A DNA stretch of 64,000 nt from Candidatus Iainarchaeum sp. (lineage in GTDB: Archaea > Iainarchaeota > Iainarchaeia > Iainarchaeales > VGJJ01): positions 32,150-96,149 of the forward strand of contig JAZDJQ010000001.1 in assembly GCA_043803765.1 (NCBI GenBank), in the 5' to 3' direction. Below, one piece after another: positions 43,096 to 52,483 of this stretch (positions within the stretch are counted from its first letter, which is position 1; every line of letters starts with the position of its first letter). The notes beneath the pieces were generated by a model, which made no database searches, had not been told where the DNA came from, and was given only the letters and a program-made list of their open reading frames with translations. A program made the position numbers and the translations under genes.

Positions 43096-44028
43096 ATGAA
43101 TGCACGTAATGTTATCATTATTGGGGGAGGGATTTCGGCTCACACGGCAGCCGTGTATGCGGCGCGTGCCTCTCTTAATCCATTGGTTATTTCGGGTGAA
43201 ACTCCTGACCAATTATCTCTTACTACTCTTGTAGAGAATTTTCCCGGTTTTCCAGATGGGGTTATGGGTCCTGACCTTATTGATCGTGCGCGTGAACAGG
43301 CAAAGAAGTTTGGTGCCGAGTATGTGATGGAAACGGTTATTTCTATTTCTAAATTTGATAATGGTTTTGAAGTTAAGACAAACGAAAACAGTTATATGGG
43401 TAAAACAATTATTCTGAGTACGGGTGCGAGTGCCCGCACGACGAGCATCAAAGGGGAGAAGGAATTTTTTGGTCGTGGGGTGAGCACGTGTGCAGTCTGT
43501 GATGCTGCTCTCTATCGAAATAAAACAGCAATTGTGATTGGGGGTGGTGATTCGGCGATGGAGGAAAGCATGGCATTATCCAAGTTTGCTTCTCATGTTA
43601 CCATTGTTCACCGTCGTGATTCTTTCCGTGCTTCTCAAATCATGCAAAATCGTGTGTTAGGAATGAAGGACAAAATTTCGGTTGTTTGGAATGCGGTTCC
43701 TATTGAAGTGTTAGGCGGGAAGCAGGTTACAGGTGTTAAAATAAGAGATATAATCACGAAAAAGGAAAAGATTATTCCCGCGGATGGAGTATTTCTTGCT
43801 ATTGGTCATATTCCTAATACTTCTTTTTTGAAAGGCTTTGTTGATTTAGATAGTGCGGGCTATATCAAAGTGGATGGGGTGAAAACCTCCCAATCCGGGG
43901 TGTTTGCCGCAGGTGATGTGATGGATCCGCGCTATCGTCAAGCCATTACGTCTGCAGGAACGGGGTGCAAGGCCGCGCTGGAAGCGGAGTGGTTCTTGGA
44001 AAGGGGTTCCATGGAACGGAAGCTTTAA
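43096..44028 (+). CDS. trxB: Thioredoxin reductase
   Basis: VENFPGF, CAVCD, GGGDSA, HRRD, AAGDV..YRQAITSAG. Confidence 0.95.
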   Translation: MNARNVIIIGGGISAHTAAVYAARASLNPLVISGETPDQLSLTTLVENFPGFPDGVMGPDLIDRAREQAKKFGAEYVMETVISISKFDNGFEVKTNENSYMGKTIILSTGASARTTSIKGEKEFFGRGVSTCAVCDAALYRNKTAIVIGGGDSAMEESMALSKFASHVTIVHRRDSFRASQIMQNRVLGMKDKISVVWNAVPIEVLGGKQVTGVKIRDIITKKEKIIPADGVFLAIGHIPNTSFLKGFVDLDSAGYIKVDGVKTSQSGVFAAGDVMDPRYRQAITSAGTGCKAALEAEWFLERGSMERKL

Positions 44029-44051
44029 TTCAGGAATGTCCTTTTCGAGTG

Positions 44052-44966
44052 ATGTCTTCAGAGCCTAGGCATGGTTTTCATTCTTCCCGGAAGCCTCGGA
44101 AGAAACGGTTAGGCACCTATGGGAAAGATCCCGTAGAGGTGGGGAAACATCTCAGCTCTTTTCATCGGAATCCAGGTTGGTTCCGGCTGGTAGAAAGGAA
44201 TTCTAAGGGAAAGCTGGTTTTGAGTGAGGTGGCCCGGAGGGAATTGCATTCAGCAATAACGGGAGAACCATGGGAAAGGCACCATCACCCTGTTAATCGA
44301 ATCAAACGTACACTTAATCTTTCCGCTGAAAAGCAGGCGAATCCTTTTGATGAAATGACCGGGTTTGAATCTCACCAAATGGGTTTTTCCCGTTTCATAG
44401 AGAAGAAAAAAAGGGAGTCGGATAAGCGCTTGTTGGTTGCGCATTATTCGAATGAGCGTTCCCGGAAAGAATACCTTCGCGTCCTTTTTCATCGTCCCGT
44501 TTCGTTCAATCTCTATCCTAATGTAAGAGTACGTATTCTTTCTACGGGCATACTGAATGTGTATTCTGGGAATCCGAATACACGGCCTCGTTCTCTCGTA
44601 GGTGTTTTCATTAATGGGAAACGCTTGTTTTTCTATCGTAGCAGTGGGAAAAACAGTGGGCATCCCGGGAAGTGGTTTCCTTGTGCGGGAATTGAAATGA
44701 TTCCTCACTCGACTCGTTCCTTGCGCATAGGAAACATTAGGAAGATCACAGGTCACCCGCAGTATGGTACAGCTCATTCTTTTCCTCACTGGGTGGATGT
44801 TGTTTCGGATGCTATTGCAAAAGCAGTTACTCATGGAAGAATAAAGTTGTGGGATCAAACGACTCCTTCCGATTGCCAGCGTTTTCAGGAAACGCTGAAT
44901 TTTTTTCCACCTATGGAGCGTTCCGTTCCAAGAAGCGGGCTTCCTTCCCTTCCAGATTTATCCTAG
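44052..44966 (+). CDS. Orphan basic protein
   Basis: Long ORF between trxB and the dehydrogenase; R/K-rich N-terminus; FYRSSGKNSGHPGKWFP segment. Confidence 0.65.
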   Translation: MSSEPRHGFHSSRKPRKKRLGTYGKDPVEVGKHLSSFHRNPGWFRLVERNSKGKLVLSEVARRELHSAITGEPWERHHHPVNRIKRTLNLSAEKQANPFDEMTGFESHQMGFSRFIEKKKRESDKRLLVAHYSNERSRKEYLRVLFHRPVSFNLYPNVRVRILSTGILNVYSGNPNTRPRSLVGVFINGKRLFFYRSSGKNSGHPGKWFPCAGIEMIPHSTRSLRIGNIRKITGHPQYGTAHSFPHWVDVVSDAIAKAVTHGRIKLWDQTTPSDCQRFQETLNFFPPMERSVPRSGLPSLPDLS

Positions 44967-45022
44967 AGCGGTTGGCTTTTTTAAACTCGGTGTTTTTACT
45001 TTTTCCAGGTGGTTGGTTTTCT

Positions 45023-46132
45023 ATGGTGAACTATGATATATTTGGTCCAGAGAAAATAGTCAATGTGTATGATCCAAAATCGGGGATGCGCGGGGTGATT
45101 GTGATTGACAACACGCGCCGTGGTTTAGGGAAAGGCGGTATTCGTATGACCGGCAGTGTGAGTGTGAATGAAGTGATGCGTCTCGCTCGCACGATGACGT
45201 GGAAGAATGCCATGGCCGATCTTCCTTTTGGTGGGGCTAAAAGCGGTATCATGTTCGATCCCAAAAATAGTACCCCGCAAAAAAAGAAACAAGTGATCGA
45301 GGCCTTTGGTCGTGCATTGAAGGGAATTGCTCCTTCTTTGTATGTGGCAGGGCCCGATATTAATACTACTGAAAAGGAAATGGGGCAAATTGCCATTGCG
45401 GCAGGAAACAGAAAAGTATGCACGGGAAAACCCGCAAAAATGAAAGGTCTTCCTCATGAATTGGGCAGTACTGGTTTTGGTGTGGCGCATTCCACCATGC
45501 TGGCGATTGAACGATTGGGGATAAAGCCTGAAAATGCGCGCGTAGCCATTGAAGGATATGGAAACGTGGGAACATTTGTTCATCAGCACTTATCCGAGTG
45601 GGGTGTTCCGGTGGTAGCGGTGTCGGATTCGCACGGTGTCATAATGGATAAGCATGGATTAGATTATGCGCGTCTTATGCAAGCGAAGAAGGATCATGGA
45701 ACCGTAACAAAGTATCGTGGTAAATATGCTCATGTTGGGAAAAATATTCTCACGGCCCCTGCTACTGTTTTGGTTACTGCCGCCATTCCCGATTTGGTGA
45801 CGATGAAGAATGTTCATCAACTAAAGCATCAGCTGGTGGTGCAGGGTAGCAATATTGCAATGAGTGAGGGGGTTGAAAATCGCCTTTATTCTCGTGGCAC
45901 GTTAGTTATTCCCGACTTTGTGGCGAATGCGGGCGGAGTTATTTCTTCTTACGTTGAGCATATTGGCGGGACACCTACTACGATGTTCACGATGGTAGAG
46001 AGCAAAATAAAGAAAAACGTACGAGCCATGTTTTCCGAGATGGATAAGGGAAATCTCCCTCCCCGGCAGGCGGCCATGCGGATTGCATTAGAGCGAGTTA
46101 AACAAGGGAATTGGAAAGGGCCTAAATCGTAG
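45023..46132 (+). CDS. Glu/Leu/Phe/Val dehydrogenase
   Basis: GKGGIR, MTWKNA, GGAKSG, GYGNVG, PDFVANAGGV. Confidence 0.93.
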   Translation: MVNYDIFGPEKIVNVYDPKSGMRGVIVIDNTRRGLGKGGIRMTGSVSVNEVMRLARTMTWKNAMADLPFGGAKSGIMFDPKNSTPQKKKQVIEAFGRALKGIAPSLYVAGPDINTTEKEMGQIAIAAGNRKVCTGKPAKMKGLPHELGSTGFGVAHSTMLAIERLGIKPENARVAIEGYGNVGTFVHQHLSEWGVPVVAVSDSHGVIMDKHGLDYARLMQAKKDHGTVTKYRGKYAHVGKNILTAPATVLVTAAIPDLVTMKNVHQLKHQLVVQGSNIAMSEGVENRLYSRGTLVIPDFVANAGGVISSYVEHIGGTPTTMFTMVESKIKKNVRAMFSEMDKGNLPPRQAAMRIALERVKQGNWKGPKS

Positions 46133-46180
46133 GCCATTTCCGTTCTCCTATTAAATGTTTTTTTCTTTTCTCTTGTGCAT

Positions 46181-47296
46181 ATGTCTTCCCATTTTTCTTT
46201 ATCTGAACGAGACACTCATTCTTCTGCGCGTGCTGGGAAACTAAATCTTTCTCATGGTAAAATAGAAACTCCTTTTTTCATGCCGGTTGCCACGAAGGGT
46301 AGTGTGAAGCATCTTTCTCTTGAGGAAGTTTCCGATATGGGTTATCGTTGTATGATTTCCAATGCCTTTATTTTCTATCTTCGTCCGGGTCTTTCAACAA
46401 TTAAGAAAGCAGGCGGTATTCATTCGTTTATGAATTGGGAGCACGGTCTGTTCACGGACTCTGGCGGTTTTCAAATCCTTGATGATGTTTTTCTCAAAAC
46501 GAGAAAAGAGGAAGGAGTCATACTGAATAATCCTTTCACCAAGAAAGCAGAATTATTCACGCCCGAAAAATGTATGGGTGTTCAAATGGCTCTTGGAAGC
46601 GATGTCGCGATGTGTTTGGATGATGTTCCGCGTTATGGTGCAGAGCAGGGGAAGAAGTTCTATGCGGATACTCTTTCTCGTACTCTTCATTGGGCAAAGC
46701 GTTGTCGTGCCGCGCACACGTCTAAAAAACAATTATTGTTTGGCATTTCCCAAGGCGGAACGTTTCTTGATTTGCGTAAGAAAGGGTTGCTCGCATTGAG
46801 TGAAATGGGTTTTGATGGATTGGCGTTAGGCGGGTTGGCGATTGGGGAACCAAAGCCCGTTCTTCAAAAAATAATTCAGTTGGCTCGTAAAATTATTCCA
46901 GAGGAAATGCCGCTCTATGTGATGGGATTAGGCACCCCTAGTGATGTCATTCAAGCCATTGGGAATGGTGCGGATATTTTTGATTCGGTTTTTCCTACTC
47001 GTACGGCGAGGCATGGTCTTGCCCTTACTTCCTCAGGACGTGTTTCGATTAAGCATTCCCGTTATTCTCGTGATTTTTCTCCATTAGATAAAGCATGTGA
47101 TTGTTTTGTCTGTCAATCCTATTCCAAAGCGTATCTTCATCATCTTTCTAAGAGTAGTGAGGAATCCGGTTTTCGTTTCCTTTCCCATCATAATCTTTTC
47201 TTTATGCAGCATACTCTTGAAAGTGCGCGTGTGGCAATTAGGGAAAACCGTTTTGCTTCTTTTTCCCATTCATTTTTATCCAAGTATGGGGTTTGA
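46181..47296 (+). CDS. tgt: tRNA-guanine(34) transglycosylase, bacterial/Q-type
   Basis: TPFFMPVAT, TDSGGFQ, GGLAIGE, DSVFPTRTARHG, CDCFVC..HN; no PUA domain. Confidence 0.92.
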   Translation: MSSHFSLSERDTHSSARAGKLNLSHGKIETPFFMPVATKGSVKHLSLEEVSDMGYRCMISNAFIFYLRPGLSTIKKAGGIHSFMNWEHGLFTDSGGFQILDDVFLKTRKEEGVILNNPFTKKAELFTPEKCMGVQMALGSDVAMCLDDVPRYGAEQGKKFYADTLSRTLHWAKRCRAAHTSKKQLLFGISQGGTFLDLRKKGLLALSEMGFDGLALGGLAIGEPKPVLQKIIQLARKIIPEEMPLYVMGLGTPSDVIQAIGNGADIFDSVFPTRTARHGLALTSSGRVSIKHSRYSRDFSPLDKACDCFVCQSYSKAYLHHLSKSSEESGFRFLSHHNLFFMQHTLESARVAIRENRFASFSHSFLSKYGV

Positions 47297-47358
47297 CGCT
47301 TTCCTTTAAATGGGGTTCGCCAAACTATTATGTTGGCGTAAAGGAGTTTGGTTTCTCT

Positions 47359-47667
47359 ATGGTGCATCCCCGTATTACTGTTGTACATGACCTTGATTTG
47401 GATGAGATTGATCGTTCCTTTATTGATGAAACCCTCCTTCGTACGCTCACCAAAATGGATCGTCTTCTCAAGAATGAGCATCGGTTGAAGGCCGTATACA
47501 AGCAAATCCAAAAAGAAGGTTTGCGTCATAAGACGGAAGTGTCTCTCTCTCTTGATGGGCCGGGTAAAGCGTTTCATTCTCAATCGTCTGATTGGAAAGT
47601 GCGTTTGGCTACAACGGAAGCGTGTACTATTCTGGAAAGAGAGATTATGCGTCATTCGCAGCAATAG
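47359..47667 (+). CDS. HPF/RaiA-like ribosome-associated protein
   Basis: About 100 aa; beta-alpha-beta3-alpha pattern ending DWKVRLATTEACTILEREI. Confidence 0.6.
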   Translation: MVHPRITVVHDLDLDEIDRSFIDETLLRTLTKMDRLLKNEHRLKAVYKQIQKEGLRHKTEVSLSLDGPGKAFHSQSSDWKVRLATTEACTILEREIMRHSQQ

Positions 47668-47679
47668 GGGGGATACAAA

Positions 47680-48414
47680 ATGGTTGAATTCGAATCCGCA
47701 ATAACCAAAATAACCCATTTTCCTATTGAGGAAGGGCATTCCGCGCGCGTGTTTGAGTGTTCCATTCCTGCGGGGGTTTCTTTTTCATTTGTTTCGGGGC
47801 AATTTGCCATGGTTGCTCATCCGGATGTAAAACTTCTTGCTAATCCTTCAGTGTTGAAATGGGCATCTTATTCTATCTCTTCTTCTCCTGCACAGCGTGG
47901 TGTGCTTGAGTTTTGTATTGGGGATGGTTCTCCTACGGGTGTTTCGCATAAACTCATGTCTCTTTCAGTTGGGGACAAAATTCTGGTAAAAGGCCCTTTT
48001 GGTAAATTTAATTTGAATGAGTCCGCTCCCGAGTATGTTTTTCTTGCAACGGGAACAGGAATAGCGCCTCTTATTTCTATGATTCGCACACTCGTAACGA
48101 GTGGGAAAAAAATCCCTATTTCATTGTATTTTGGTTTTCGTTTTCCTTCTCAATTCATGTATGCGGATGAATTGGCATTGTTGCAGCAATCCTATCCTCA
48201 TTTCAAATGTATTCCTATTGTTTCTCGTCCGGATGAAAAGTGGAAGCATAAAAAGGGGCATATTCAGGATGTGCTAAAAGATTATTCTTCTCCTTTGAAA
48301 CAAAAAGCATTAGTGTACATTTGTGGTAAGCCTCAAGTTGCGGAAGAATTGGCTGCATTTTGCATCGAATCCATGCGTTTTCCTTCCGAGCATGTCTTAT
48401 TGGAGAAGTGGTGA
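47680..48414 (+). CDS. FAD/NAD(P) ferredoxin-reductase-like oxidoreductase
   Basis: GQF, YSISSSP, GPFG, ATGTGIAP, YICG, EKW. Confidence 0.9.
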   Translation: MVEFESAITKITHFPIEEGHSARVFECSIPAGVSFSFVSGQFAMVAHPDVKLLANPSVLKWASYSISSSPAQRGVLEFCIGDGSPTGVSHKLMSLSVGDKILVKGPFGKFNLNESAPEYVFLATGTGIAPLISMIRTLVTSGKKIPISLYFGFRFPSQFMYADELALLQQSYPHFKCIPIVSRPDEKWKHKKGHIQDVLKDYSSPLKQKALVYICGKPQVAEELAAFCIESMRFPSEHVLLEKW

Positions 48415-48434
48415 TTTTTTTGACTAAAACACAA

Positions 48435-48800
48435 ATGGTTAAAATAGTGGTATACGCCCCCAAAACGAACGTGGATTCTATTCTGGACATGTTTCATCAG
48501 CAGGGGGGCGGCTCGTATGGGGATGGAAAATATGTGGGTTGTGCTTTTCTCACGTTCGGCCATGGTACTTGGATTGCATTGAAAGGGAGTAAACCTTTCA
48601 AGGGTCGTTTAAACAAGAGGGAGATGTCTCAGGAAGTGAAAATTGAGACGACTCTTCCTAAATCGAGTGCCGAGCGTGTCATTAAACTCATTCGTTCCAT
48701 TCATCCGTATGAGGAGCCTATTATTGAAATGTATCCTCTTGAGTCCATTGAGGAAGAGAAGACAAAATCGGGTAAAGTGGAAGTGCTCAAGTACAAGTAA
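48435..48800 (+). CDS. YqfO / Nif3-insert (PII/CutA-like) protein
   Basis: KIVVYAP, Y..CAF, EVKIE, HPYEEP. Confidence 0.85.
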   Translation: MVKIVVYAPKTNVDSILDMFHQQGGGSYGDGKYVGCAFLTFGHGTWIALKGSKPFKGRLNKREMSQEVKIETTLPKSSAERVIKLIRSIHPYEEPIIEMYPLESIEEEKTKSGKVEVLKYK

Positions 48801-48837
48801 TATTTTTTTTGTATTTTTTCAGTGAAGCATTTTTTCC

Positions 48838-49155
48838 CTAATAATGTTCCAATCCCTTTATTCCGTATGAAATAGTAGCGCCTGCTTTTACTACGGTGGC
48901 AATCTGTATAATTTCGGTGATTTCTTTTTCGGTTGCCCCGTATGCTTTTGCTTTTTGGGCATGGGAATCAATGCAGTATTTGCATTGGATCGCGCATGCC
49001 GCGCATAATGCGGCTAATTCTTTTGTTTTTTTATCTAATGTTCCGGCTGACATTACGGTATTTTTCCATGCGGCATAGGCTTCGTTTGCTGCTCCCGCAT
49101 TCTGTTTGTATTTTTCGCTTGCTTTCAAGTATTCATCGTAGAATAGTTCAGTCAT
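48838..49155 (-). CDS. CMD/AhpD family protein
   Basis: LDKKTKELAAL, CKYCIDSH, GATEKEI. Confidence 0.9.
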   Translation of the reverse strand: MTELFYDEYLKASEKYKQNAGAANEAYAAWKNTVMSAGTLDKKTKELAALCAACAIQCKYCIDSHAQKAKAYGATEKEITEIIQIATVVKAGATISYGIKGLEHY

Positions 49156-49429
49156 GGATTTCTCCTCGCGGGGGTTCTTCGGAGAACATTGATTTTGTGC
49201 TATATTTTGCTTGGGCAATTATTCGCAATGCCCTTGTAATTTCTTCCAGAGAAACATTTCGGCTCATTGCCTGCAAATTGAGGGGTAATCCCGATTTCAA
49301 GTGTTGAGTCTCTTGTAATGGAGTAAATCCACTTTTCACTAATTGGCGTACTAGCGTCTGCACTCGTCTATTCTCAACTGTACCTTGCCTCGGTTTCACT
49401 GGCCTTGACCTCGATTTGCGTCTTGCCAT
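49148..49429 (-). CDS. Small orphan with basic N-terminus
   Basis: MARRKSRSRPVKPR; stop overlaps the CMD gene start. Confidence 0.5.
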   Translation of the reverse strand: MARRKSRSRPVKPRQGTVENRRVQTLVRQLVKSGFTPLQETQHLKSGLPLNLQAMSRNVSLEEITRALRIIAQAKYSTKSMFSEEPPRGEIHD

Positions 49430-49464
49430 GTTTCATCCTTGTTTTTCGCCTATTAAATGGTTTG

Positions 49465-49659
49465 TCTTGCATTCAAAAGGAGGTTATTTATTTCAGGATT
49501 TTAGACTATTTGGCGCGTAAAAAGTCCAAAACAAAATGCGTTTTTGTCCACGTTCCTCTTTCGCCTTTAGAAGTGAATGCACTCGAAGCCAATCTTCCTT
49601 CTTTCCCGCCACCCACTATTGCGGAAGGGATTGCGGCATTTTTGCGAACGCAGAAATGA
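49465..49659 (+). pseudogene. C-terminal remnant of pyroglutamyl peptidase I (C15)
   Basis: FVHVPLSPLE..PSFP..IAEGI matches the Pcp C-terminus; N-terminal two-thirds absent. Confidence 0.55.
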
Positions 49660-49987
49660 ATGCTAAATATTTTTCGTAAAAGCCTATTTTTCCATCTTCG
49701 TCGCCGAATCCCATCGCTTGATACCATTTTTCGTATTGTTTGTGGTTTCCTGCAAAATGGATTTCTTTTATTTTTTCGTTTTCTTTTATTCGCATGGCGA
49801 TGCGGTATTGTCCTGCCTCAAGAACGTAAAAATCAAGCCCGTGTTTCAGGTGCCGGGCACCGGTCTCAAATTGTTGCTTGGCAACCTTTTTCAGAATTTG
49901 TTCTTGGATTGAAACATCAAATTCATTGAAGTGGACATCCCACCCCGGTATGAATTCAATTCGATATGTATTATTCAGTGAATCCAT
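49616..49987 (-). CDS. RelE/ParE-like toxin
   Basis: YRIEF..ILKKV..RHLK..GQYRI..FAGNHKQYEKWY. Confidence 0.75.
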   Translation of the reverse strand: MDSLNNTYRIEFIPGWDVHFNEFDVSIQEQILKKVAKQQFETGARHLKHGLDFYVLEAGQYRIAMRIKENEKIKEIHFAGNHKQYEKWYQAMGFGDEDGKIGFYEKYLAFISAFAKMPQSLPQ

Positions 49988-50135
49988 ATCTTTTCTTCAC
50001 TTCTTCCCATGTTTCATATTTCAAGCCCTTAGCTTTCATTTCAGCCACTTGCTGCTTGATTTTTAGTGCAACAAGTTCAAGCTCGCGCTCTTTGCTTATT
50101 TTTTTGGTAAGCTGTTGTTGTATTTCATTCGTCAT
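49971..50135 (-). CDS. Putative antitoxin
   Basis: GAAGGTGA SD; ends TWEEVKKRYG; overlaps the toxin start. Confidence 0.7.
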   Translation of the reverse strand: MTNEIQQQLTKKISKERELELVALKIKQQVAEMKAKGLKYETWEEVKKRYGFTE

Positions 50136-50190
50136 CGTATCACCTTCTGCATATACTGGGCTTTCGCCCAATATATGAGTTGCGAATTAG

Positions 50191-51147
50191 CTATTCTTCA
50201 ATATCTTCAATTCCTTTTTCCGTTACTGCATACACGGCTTCTCCGTCTGGTAGGGATGGGCTGTCTACCAGTTTGGCGATTCGTTTATTCTCTTTTCCTT
50301 TGCGCAAATACAACCTTGTTTTGGACGCATGGCCTACCACGTTTCCACCAATTGGCGCGGTGGGGTCTCCAAACATGATGTCCGGTCTTTCCATGACTTG
50401 GTTGGTTACAAGAACAACCACATTATGGATTTCGGCTAATCGTTGCAATGTGCGCATGTGCTTGTTTAATCTTTGTTGTCTGTCAGCTAATTGTCCTCTT
50501 CCAATGAATTCGCTTCTAAATTGTGCGGTGAGCGAATCCACAATCACGAGTTTGATGTTTTTTTCTTTTACCAACTCAGCTGCTTTTTCTGCTAATAACA
50601 TTTGATGGTCGGCATTGTATGCGCGTGCTACAAATATTTTTTTCAATACTTCATCTGGGTTCATTCCATTGGATTCGGCGATTGCGGTTACTCGTTCAGG
50701 TCGGAATGAGTTTTCCGAATCAATGTATAAGCAGTTTCCTTCCAATCCTCCTTCATCTTTTGGTTTCTGTACGGTTACAGCTGTTTGAAAGCACCATTGT
50801 GTTTTCCCCGATGCAAATTTTCCATAAATCTCCGTAATGGATTGGGTTTCAATTCCTCCTCCTATTAGTTTATCTAATTCCGCACTTCCCGTGGTTACTC
50901 GTCCTACGAGTTTTCGTCTTTCGGCGAGTATGTCTGCGCTTTCATATCCCATTTCCAATGCGTCTCGTGCTGCTTTGATGGCTTTGTCGGATGTTCCTTC
51001 CCCTAAGCTGGCGGCTTCTATTAATTCCATGGGGGATGCCACGGCAACGCTTTCTAATGTTTTATATCCTGCAGCAAATAGTTTTTCTGCGGCTTGGGGT
51101 CCGATTCCCGGCAGGTCTTTCACTTCTTTAATTTCCATTTTAGGCAT
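50191..51147 (-). CDS. radA: DNA recombinase RadA
   Basis: HhH DLPGIGP; GKFASGKTQ; VDSLT; LADRQQ; PIGGNVVGHA. Confidence 0.96.
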   Translation of the reverse strand: MPKMEIKEVKDLPGIGPQAAEKLFAAGYKTLESVAVASPMELIEAASLGEGTSDKAIKAARDALEMGYESADILAERRKLVGRVTTGSAELDKLIGGGIETQSITEIYGKFASGKTQWCFQTAVTVQKPKDEGGLEGNCLYIDSENSFRPERVTAIAESNGMNPDEVLKKIFVARAYNADHQMLLAEKAAELVKEKNIKLVIVDSLTAQFRSEFIGRGQLADRQQRLNKHMRTLQRLAEIHNVVVLVTNQVMERPDIMFGDPTAPIGGNVVGHASKTRLYLRKGKENKRIAKLVDSPSLPDGEAVYAVTEKGIEDIEE

Positions 51148-51384
51148 ACTATCCACACTTCCTATCCCTTTTTTTTTACGGCACGTGTGAGAAGCGGCTT
51201 TGTGAGGGCCCTTCCCTTGCACCGGGGACGCTATATGGTTTCATCTCTTAACTTAAAAAGGTTGCCAGAGCGCTCCGCCGTGATGGTGAGATAGCGAACC
51301 TTTTTTTTTGAATTTTTGTTGAAGGGTTTGTTATTATGCCATACGCTCGTTAAATTGTTCAAATACGTATGCTTTTTGCTATAG

Positions 51385-52449
51385 TTATGCTTGGAATCGA
51401 CTGATATATCCCCTGAAATAGTGGATTCTTTCTTTGCAGTTGGATAATTCTCCCAAGATGTCGTCTAGCTCTATTTTGGACAGGGTGGTTCCATACAGGT
51501 TGGCTGCTATTGCTCCTTCCGTGAATAACGTGTTGAGCGCTAACCAGTATTCGAGTTGGGCTTTTCCTCGTTTGATTTCCACCGCGACGGGTGCCCCTTC
51601 TCTTGTTCCTCGGAGGAATGACCATTCCGTTTCGGTTCGTTCTTTTTTTTCGACCGTAGTGAGTAATTCCTTCAACAATTGCTTCATGTAGTCGCGTGCT
51701 TCCGCAGGGGCTTTGGGAAAAAGATTGATTTTTTCTATTCTCGTTTGTGCTCTCCGGATTTCCTTTTCAGCATATTCCTTATTTGTTTTCTTTATTTTCA
51801 TGATGGCATCTATTTCCGCTACTTGTTTCTCTCGTTCGGTTGGTGGGGTGTTGGGGTTGGTTTGCGCCCATTTTTTGAGCAGGTCGAGTTGCCGCAGTTG
51901 GTATTTCATTGCCTCGTCCAGTGTCACATATAATTCCAGTATTTTCTGGTTGTGCCGGATGAGTTCGATTGGTCGCGTTGTTTTTTTTCCTGTTATTGGT
52001 CTTTTGCTTGCGCGTTTCCTATATTCCCTTTCTTTTTCTGCAATCATCTCTTCTAACCGCATGATGGCGGCTTTTCCTCTTCTGGCAAGGCGCCCTTGAA
52101 TCTCGTGGTAATAATAATTGGATTTGAGCGGTCTCATTTTTTCCTGTCTGAATTCGTATACCGTAAAGGGGATTTTGGATGGATGATATTCCGTTCCATC
52201 CCGTTCTTCGCTCCACCTGGAAATTCGGTAATTCCACAGGTTGATCTGATCCTGGGTCATTCGTCGATATTCTATCCTGTTTCCATGCTTGATTTTTTGG
52301 TATAGCAGGTTTCTTCCCGCCTTGTTTTCTAATTCGAGTGGGTCGAACACGTGTTTCACGTGTACTCTTCCCCGAATCAATAATTGTTGGGTGTTCAATC
52401 CTTGCAGAAACCGCAGAGTGGGTCTTGGTGTTGCGCGTCGTCGTGGCAT
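51385..52449 (-). CDS. Orphan coiled-coil protein with basic N-terminus
   Basis: 354-aa ORF starting MPRRRATPRP; helical R/K/E-rich. Confidence 0.65.
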   Translation of the reverse strand: MPRRRATPRPTLRFLQGLNTQQLLIRGRVHVKHVFDPLELENKAGRNLLYQKIKHGNRIEYRRMTQDQINLWNYRISRWSEERDGTEYHPSKIPFTVYEFRQEKMRPLKSNYYYHEIQGRLARRGKAAIMRLEEMIAEKEREYRKRASKRPITGKKTTRPIELIRHNQKILELYVTLDEAMKYQLRQLDLLKKWAQTNPNTPPTEREKQVAEIDAIMKIKKTNKEYAEKEIRRAQTRIEKINLFPKAPAEARDYMKQLLKELLTTVEKKERTETEWSFLRGTREGAPVAVEIKRGKAQLEYWLALNTLFTEGAIAANLYGTTLSKIELDDILGELSNCKERIHYFRGYISRFQA

Positions 52450-52483
52450 CTATAGGGGCAGACAACATCATTCTGCATTAAAA

